NCBI RefSeq assembly: GCF_964355755.1
Contig: NC_092675.1
Span: forward strand, 13,922,912-13,986,911
Direction: 5' to 3'
DNA: 64,000 nt
DNA from: Antedon mediterranea
Lineage: Eukaryota; Animalia; Echinodermata
The position numbers were made by a program, and so were the translations under genes. The notes beneath the pieces were generated by a model. The model was not told where the DNA came from and searched no databases. It saw only the letters and a program-made list of their open reading frames with translations. Shown one piece after another: positions 56,866-64,000 of the stretch (the stretch's first letter is position 1; the number at the start of each line of letters is the position of its first letter).

Positions 56866-58097
56866 AAAAGTACAGTTGCATCTATTGTTTTTGTAATCAA
56901 GATGACATCAGAACCAACAATGTTCCTCAAGCCTGTAGATATCTCAAGGCCTACAAGTCTATTGTAGACCATGGCAGTGAACAAAAAGAAGCAAAACAAT
57001 ATCGCACAGCGTTGTTAGACCATACCTGGTAGACATTGAATTAAACAGGGTAGGTAAATAATCATAACCACCTCTTTAGAAAGTTTAATACACACTCCAA
57101 ACAATGAAATGTGTGTTTGTACTTCATATTATTTATTAAAGAACAATGTTAGTATAAAATAACTGTCGAAACAAACAATTGTTACAGTAATTTATAAATA
57201 TACCTCTTTTCTTTATTAAATATTCCCTCAATCAACTATTTTTCCAGGTGTCAATATGTTATAATATTCAACATGCGACAGGTTGCTGACATCTTGACTG
57301 GTAAATTCAAATGTTGTTTCAACTTTACATTGACATTACATAATAACTCAATTGGTCAAGTTGCTCTTTAAATATACATTGTCCCTTTGAGCATAGAATT
57401 TCAAAATTGTTTATCCTATTTTTATGCATAATAAAGCAAACCTTTGGCTGGAACTTATTTTCCTATGAATTATCCATATATTATCATTATCTGCTACAAG
57501 AAATAGTTGTTAACATTTTTAAAATATAATAATTTTGATGCTCATTTTTTATGCAGATTGACATTTATTTGGTTGACCAATATTGTTTAATCTCAGGTGA
57601 TCATCTAGCAGAAAGAGAAAATCAGAAGCTGCAGCACATTGACATGCTACAAAGTACAATGATTAAAATCCAGTCTTTAGAAGAGAATCAAGAGCATTTA
57701 AGAAATGAACTCTCAGTGTCACTTGTGACAAAACAGCATAGTAAGATTGCAGAGACTGGCCACAGAATAAATCTAAAAGAACAAGAGGTCAAAGACTTGG
57801 TCAGTCCTACATTATACACCTTTAAAATTATGTCTAAAACATGCAAATACTATAAAAATTAATGCCATATTTCTTTTATATATTTTATATAGCGAACTAC
57901 TATGAACCAAGAGATTTGAAACTGGACCTCTATGTACAAAAATGGACGAGGTATTTAGAAAAAATAAATTCCTCGACAGCAGTACCATGGAAAAAGTTTT
58001 GTGGGAAATCATGAAGTCACATCTGACGTTTATTTCACCTGAGATCCAGCATGAAGTAACTAGGCCGGTAACTAAGTGGAGAAAAGTTGAGGAATAG
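56866..58097 (+). pseudogene. Degenerate spliced DDE transposase (Chapaev/RAG1-related core fragments), about 4 exons
   Basis: Putative exons 56866-57049, 57248-57300, 57597-57799 and 57893-58097 bounded by AG/GT sites (tttaaag|, |gtaggt, ttccag|, |gtaaat, tctcag|, |gtcagt, ttatatag|). Manual translation: KYSCIYCFCNQDDIR..YLKAYKSIVDHGSEQKEAKQY/fs/HSVVRPYLVDIELNR, then MRQVADILTG-DHLAERENQKL...(coiled coil)...EQEVKDL, then FETGPLCTKMDEVFRKNK/fs/IPRQQYHGKSFVGNH/junction/IMKSHLTFISPEIQHEVTRPVTKWRKVEE*. Several frameshifts; no catalytic D/D/E segments recognisable. Confidence 0.8.
57597..57799 (+). pseudogene. Coiled-coil-like exon of the transposase remnant (core of ORF 57551..57862)
   Basis: Open, E/K/Q/L-rich and flanked by tctcag| and |gtcagt. 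Joins the upstream 53-bp exon in frame (G|GT = Gly). The ORF-track N- and C-terminal extensions read intronic sequence. Confidence 0.75.
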
Positions 58098-58254
58098 TTT
58101 GCTATTTCTCAGTTAATTGTTACAGTATTGCATATTATTATGTACAGTATACTGTATGAATGGTAGTATTTTTGTGTGTTATTGCTAGAACAACGATTTT
58201 GAAAATATTTAACAAATGGTATATGAATTGTAATTGAATTTAATTTTTGGGAAG

Positions 58255-59164
58255 CTATTTAATTTTAATTTGGTTTATATATATTATTGATTGATAACGG
58301 AAATTGATGTTATTTAGTGATTTAGATTGTGATTGCATATATAATACAATACAAATATGAAAGAAATATGCATTTATAATTAAATATCTAATGTCGCAGT
58401 ACTCTATAGCTTCTTTCTATTAATATATTACAGATCTTTGACTAAGACATGCTAGGTAGGCTGCTAGTCTTTAACCTGCTGATGATGTAGCCTAGCCTAT
58501 ATAGTATAGGCCTAGCTAGGCCTGTAACCTGGCCTACTCTGTACTCCTCTCTCCCAATATGAATGATTATTAAAAAAGCTTAGGCCTAGGCTAGGCCTAA
58601 TTTTTAATTAAGACCAGGAACAAGTAATTAATCAGCTTTATAACAGGTCAACTGTCACTCAGGCCCCCGAATAGACATGTTTACGTGTTAAAATAAACAG
58701 TTATTTTATTTTAATTTGGTTTATATATTAATAATTATTTATTGATAACGGAAATTGATGTTATTTACTGATTTAGATTGTGATTGCATATCAAAATAAT
58801 AAATATACAATACAAATATGAAAGAAATATGCATTTATGATTAAATATCTAATGTCACAGTACTCTATAGCTTCTTTCTATTAATATATTACAGATCTTT
58901 GACTACGACATGCTAGGTAGGCTGCTAGCCTTTAACCTGCAGATGATGTAGCCTAGCCTATTATATAATATAGGCCTAGCTAGGCCTGTAGCCTGGCCTA
59001 CTCTGTACTCCTCTCCCAATATGAATGATTATTAAAAAAGCTTAGGCCTAGACTAGGCCTAATTTTTAATTAGGACCAGGAACAAGTAATTAATCAGCTT
59101 TATAACAGGTCAACTGTCACTCAGGCCCTCCGAATATACATGTTTACGTGTTAAAAATAAACAG
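58255..59164. repeat. Tandem duplication of about 450 bp inside the transposon (58255-58700 and 58701-59164)
   Basis: Both copies run (c/t)tattt.attttaatttggtttatata...gataacggaaattgatg...actgtcactcagg...aaataaacag and differ by scattered substitutions and small indels. Confidence 0.95.
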
Positions 59165-59651
59165 CCATTAGTCTTACACAGCTGGTTTTAACCACGCAAG
59201 GGAGCCTGGGCATAGCCTATTATAAGCTAGCATAGGAAAAAATCCAGCCAGGCAATATGAATACAATCCTTGTTAAAACATTCAAGGATAACTAAAGTAT
59301 CCAACTAAATCAAAGAATTCAACAGAAAAAATTATTTTTAAACTGATATGGAAAACAACATTTATACCTACTTTTTTAAATGTATCGCTTGAGAAAAAAA
59401 CTGGCGTTGGGTGTACAATTTTCAATTACATTACCTCTTAAAATCCACGTGATAAAACGACGACAACATGTTTTTCACCTTCATCCAGGGTTGTTCTAAT
59501 GAATATTCATTATTTTTCTGACTTTCGCGGTCTTTATTTGTTTTTATTGGCTATTAAAAAACAGTCGTTTTATGCTTGATTGCTTCCGGGTTTCCTCATG
59601 TGGTTTGTATACAATATGTTTTCGGAATCGCTACTCCATAAAACGCTATGA

Positions 59652-59672
59652 AACGTTGGGGGCGCTGCACTT
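59652..59672 (-). promoter_or_regulatory. Right subterminal motif (putative second transposase-binding element)
   Basis: Reverse complement AAGTGCAGCGCCCCCAACGTT at offsets 26-46 from the right end. Confidence 0.7.
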
Positions 59673-59684
59673 AATTCATATTTC

Positions 59685-59697
59685 TGGAACAGCTGTG
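59685..59697 (-). repeat. Right terminal inverted repeat
   Basis: TGGAACAGCTGTG; reverse complement CACAGCTGTTCCA. Confidence 0.95.
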
Positions 59698-59701
59698 CAA
59701 A
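59698..59701 (+). other. Target-site duplication, right copy (CAAA)
   Basis: CAGCTGTG|CAAA-gggtttag. Confidence 0.92.
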
Positions 59702-62700
59702 GGGTTTAGAATAGCTTCAAATCGCATTTTGAGACGTTTTAGACCATTTTGTGATTTTCGAAAAAACTTGTTAACATAAAAACAAAAAAGTGCTTAGAAT
59801 AGCTTCAAATCGCATTTGGAAACGTTTTAGACCATTTTGTGATTTTCGAAAAAAATTGTTAACATAAAAACACCAAAGTGCTTAGAATCACATTATAAAC
59901 CGTTTTAGACCATTTTGAGCATTTCAATAACAATTTTCACACAAAAACATCAAAGAGCACAAAATAGCTTAATATCGTATTTAAAAATGTTTTAGACCAT
60001 TTTGAGCATTTAGATAAAACTTTTTCATACAAAACACCAAAGTGCTTAGAATAGCTTCAAATCGCATTTGGAGACGGTTTAGACCATTTTGTGATTTTGA
60101 AAAAACTTGTTAACATAAAAACACCAAAGTGCTTAGAATAGCTTCAAATCGCATTTGGAGACGTTTTAGACCATTTTGTGATTTTCGAAAAAACTTGTTA
60201 ACATAAAAACACCAAAGTGCTTAGAATAGCTTCAAATCACATTTGGAGACGTTTTAGACCATTTTGTGATTTTTGAAAAAACTTGTTAACATAAAAACAC
60301 CAAAGTGCTTAGAATCACATTATAAACCGTTTTAGACCATTTTGAGCATTTCAATAACAATTTTCACACAAAAACATCAAAGAGCACAAAATAGCTTAAT
60401 ATCGTATTTAAAAATGTTTTAGACCATTTTGAGCATTTAGATAAAACTTTTTCACACAAAACACCAAAGTGCTTAGAATAGCTTCAAATCGAATTTGGAG
60501 ACGGTTTAGACCATTTTGTGATTTTGAAAAAACTTGTTAACATAAAAACACCAAAGTGCTTAGAATAGCTTCAAATTGCATTTGGAGACGTTTTAGACTA
60601 TTTTGTGATTTTCGAAAAAACTTGTTAACATAAAAACACCAAAGTGCTTAGAATAGCTTAAAATCGTATTTGGAGACGTTTTATACCATTTTGAGATTTT
60701 CGAAAAAACTTGGTTACACAAAAACATCAAAGTGCTTAAAATCACATTATAAACCGTTTTAGACCATTTTGAGCATTTCGATAACACTTTTCACATAAAA
60801 ACTTCAAAGAGCACAAAATAGCTTAATATCGTATTTAAAAACGTTTTAGACCATTTTGAGCATTTCGACAAAACTTTTTCACACAAAACACCAAAGTGCT
60901 TAGAATAGCTTCAAATCGCATTTGGAGACGTTTTAGACCAATTTGTGCATTTCGATGAAACTTGATTACACAAAAACATCAAAGTGCTTAAAATCACATT
61001 ATAAACCGTTTTAGACCATTTTGAGCATTTCGATAACACTTTTCACACAAAAACATCAAAGAGCACAAAATAGCTTAATATCGTATTTAAAAACGTTTTA
61101 GACCATTTTGAGCATTTAGACAAAACTTTTTCACACAAAACTCCAAAGTGCTTAGAATAGCTTCAAATCGCATTTGGAGACGTTTTAGAACATTTTGTGT
61201 TTTTCGAAAAAACCTGTTAACATAAAAACACCAAAGTGCTTAGAATAGCTTCAAATCGCATTTGGAGACTATTTAGACCATTTTGTGATTTTTGAAAAAA
61301 CTTGTTAACATAAAAACACGAAAGTGCTTAGAATAGCTTCAAATCGCATTTGGAAACGTTTTAGACCATTTTGTGATTTTCGAAAAAGATTGTTAACATA
61401 AAAACACCAATGTGCTTAGAATCACATTATACACCGTTTTAGACCATTTTGAGCATTTCGATAACAATTTTCACACAAAAACATCAAAGGGCACAAAATA
61501 GCTTAATATCGTATTTAAAAATGTTTTAGACCATTTTGAGCATTTAGATAAAACTTTTTCACACAAAACACCAAAGTGCTTAGAATAGCTTCAAATCGCA
61601 TTTGGAGACGGTTTAGAACATTTTGTGATTTTGAAAAAACTTGTTAACATAAAAACACCAAAGTGCTTAGAATAGCTTCAAATCGCATTTGGAGACGTTT
61701 TAGACCATTTTGTGATTTTCGAAAAAACTTGTTAACATAAAAACACCAAAGTGCTTAGAATAGCTTCAAATCGTATTTGGAGACGTTTTAGACCATTTTG
61801 AGATTTTCGAAAAAACTTGGTTAAACAAAAACATCAAAGTGCTTAAAATCACATTATAAACCGTTTTAGACCATTTTGAGCATTTCGATAACACTTTTCA
61901 CACAAAAACATCAAAGAGCACAAAATAGCTTAATATCGTATCTAAAAACGTTTTAGACCATTTTGAGCATTTCGACAAAACTTTTTCACACAAAACACCA
62001 AAGTGCTTAGAATAGCTTCAAATCGCATTTGGAGACGTTTTAGACCAATTTGTGCATTTCGATGAAACTTGATTACACAAAAACATCAAAGTGCTTAAAA
62101 TCACATTATAAACCGTTTTAGACCATTTTGAGCATTTCGATAACACTTTTCACACAAAAACATCAAAGAGCACAAAATAGCTTAATATCGTATTTAAAAA
62201 CGTTTTAGACCATTTTGAGCATTTAGACAAAACTTTTTCACACAAAACACCAAAGTGCTTAGAATAGCTTCAAATCGCATTTGGAGACGTTTTAGACCAT
62301 TTTGTGCATTTCGATGAAACTTGGTTACACAAAAACATCAAAGTGCTTAAAATCACATTATAAATCGTTTTAGACCATTTTGAGCATTTCGACAAAACTT
62401 TTTCACACAAAATACCAAAGTGCTTAGAATAGCTTCAAATCGCATTTGGAGACGTTTTAGACCATTTTGTGATTTTCGAAAAAACTTTTTAACATAAAAA
62501 CACGAAAGTGCTTAGAATAGCTTCAAATCGCATTTGGAAACGTTTTAGACCATTTTGTGATTTTCGAAAAAACTTGTTAACATAAAAACACGAAAGTGCT
62601 TAGAATAGCTTCAAATCGCATTTGGAAACGTTTTAGACCATTTTGTGATTTTCGAAAAAAATTGTTAACATAAAAACACCAAAGTGCTTAGAATCACATT

Positions 62701-64000
62701 ATAAACCGTTTTAGACCATTTTGAGCATTTCGATAACAATTTTCACACAAAAACATCAAAGAGCACAAAATAGCTTAATATCGTATTTAAAAATGTTTTA
62801 GACCATTTTGAGCATTTGGATAAAACTTTTTCACACAAAACACCAAAGTGCTTAGAATAGCTTCAAATCGCATTTGGAGAGGTTTTAGACCATTTTGTGA
62901 TTTTTGAAAAAAAATGTTAACATAAAAACACCAAAGTGCTTAGAATAGCTTCAAATCACATTTGGAGACGTTTTAGACCATTTTGTGATATTCGAAAAAA
63001 CTTGTTAACATAAAAACACGAAAGTGCTTAGAATAGCTTCAAATCGCATTTGGAAACGTTTTAGACCATTTTGTGATTTTCGAAAAAACTTGTTAACATA
63101 AAAACACCAAAGTGCTTAGAATAGCTTCAAATCGCATTTGGAAACGTTTTAGACCATTTTGTTATTTTCGAAAAAAATTGTTAACATAAAAACACCAAAG
63201 TGCTTAGAATCACATTATAAACCGTTTTAGACCATTTTTAGCATTTCGATAACAATTTTCACACAAAAACATCAAAGAGCAAAAAATAGCTTAATATAGC
63301 ATTTAAAAATGTTTTAGACCATTTTGAGCATTTAGATAAAATTTTTCACACAAAACACCAAAGTGCTTAGAATAGCTTCAAATCGCATTTGGAGACGTTT
63401 TAGACCATTTTGTGATTTTTGAAAAAACTTGTTAACATAAAAACACCAAAGTGCTTAGAATAGCTTCAAATCACATTTGGAGACGTTTTAGACCATTTTG
63501 TGATTTTCGAAAAAACTTGTTAACATAAAAACACGAAAGTGCTTAGAATAGCTTCAAATCGAATTTGGAAACGTTTTAGACCATTTTGTGATTTTCGAAA
63601 AAACTTGTTAACATAAAAACACGAAAGTGCTTAGAATAGCTTCAAATCGTATTTGGAAACGTTTTAGACCATTTTGTGATTTTCGAAAAAAATTGTTAAC
63701 ATAAAAACACCAAAGTGCTTAGAATCACATTATAAACCGTTTTAGACCATTTTGAGCATTTCGATAACAATTTTCACACAAAAACATCAAAGAGCACAAA
63801 ATAGCTTAATATCGTATTTAAAAATGTTTTAGACCATTTTGAGCATTTAGATAAAACTTTTTCACACAAAACACCAAACTGCTTAGAATAGCTTCAAATC
63901 GCATTTGGAGACGTTTTAGACCATTTTGTGATTTTTGAAAAAACTTGTTACCATAAAAACACCAAAGTGCTTAGAATAGCTTCAAATCACATTTGGAGAC
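59698..64000. repeat. Same satellite array resuming in register after the transposon (runs off window end)
   Basis: Resumes with caaagggtttagaatagc, completing the monomer interrupted at 55934. Same A/B/C monomers and same orientation. Confidence 0.98.

Larger units (their letters stand above)
55935..59697 (+). mobile_element. Non-autonomous DNA transposon (3,763 bp), probably Chapaev-like (CMC group, related to Transib/RAG1)
   Basis: Termini CACAGCTGTT...AACAGCTGTG, flanked by a direct CAAA duplication, with an internal transposase remnant. Removing the element and one CAAA restores the normal monomer acaccaaagggtttag. CAC/GTG ends with a 4-bp TSD are the known Chapaev signature, whereas Transib and RAG-like elements give 5-bp TSDs. 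Confidence 0.93.

Noticed and set aside
56634-56999. 121-aa minus-strand ORF, plus ORFs 55986+, 56141- and 57812-
   Set aside because: No recognisable motifs. Two are antisense to transposase exons and the others are short low-complexity frames in AT-rich DNA.
58255-59164. LTR pair
   Set aside because: The copies are directly adjacent, with no TG...CA ends, PBS/PPT or TSD. This is a simple tandem duplication.
59652-59670. CTCF sites at the subterminal GGGGCGCT motifs
   Set aside because: Only the GGGGCGC half matches and the CCAC/TAG half is imperfect at both ends. Symmetric placement is better explained as a transposon end element, though host-factor binding is not excluded.
55935-59697. 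Assignment as a true RAG-like (ProtoRAG) or Transib element
   Set aside because: The TSD is 4 bp (CAAA), not 5 (ccaaa vs caaag do not match), and there is no RAG2-like sequence or canonical nonamer. Chapaev-like is preferred.
3026-60787. Minus-strand ORFs at 3026, 24174, 37368, 38399 and 60593
   Set aside because: They are chance read-throughs of satellite monomers, made of repetitive SKCSKWSKT peptides with no gene structure.

Overview
Eukaryotic (metazoan-looking), AT-rich DNA. About 94% of the window is one head-to-tail satellite array (1-55934 and 59698-64000) built from related monomers of 88 bp (A), 77 bp (B) and 87 bp (C), arranged in variable higher-order repeats. The array is interrupted once by a 3,763-bp cut-and-paste DNA transposon (55935-59697) with CAC...GTG termini, 13-bp TIRs and a 4-bp CAAA target-site duplication. 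The element carries a spliced, frameshifted and internally deleted transposase pseudogene on the + strand that the ORF track mostly misses (CxxC, AKQY..SVVRP.L.DIEL, GP...MDEV...RQQYHGKSFVGNH and a basic C-terminus). This fits the Chapaev/CMC group, which is related to Transib and RAG1. The most striking observation is that the two ends are bipartite and asymmetric: a heptamer-like terminus (CACAGCTG) plus a second conserved motif lying exactly 10 bp further in on the left end than on the right, reminiscent of the 12/23 RSS one-helical-turn rule. There are no intact genes, RNA genes or CRISPR arrays. Family assignments come from recalled motifs, not from a database search.
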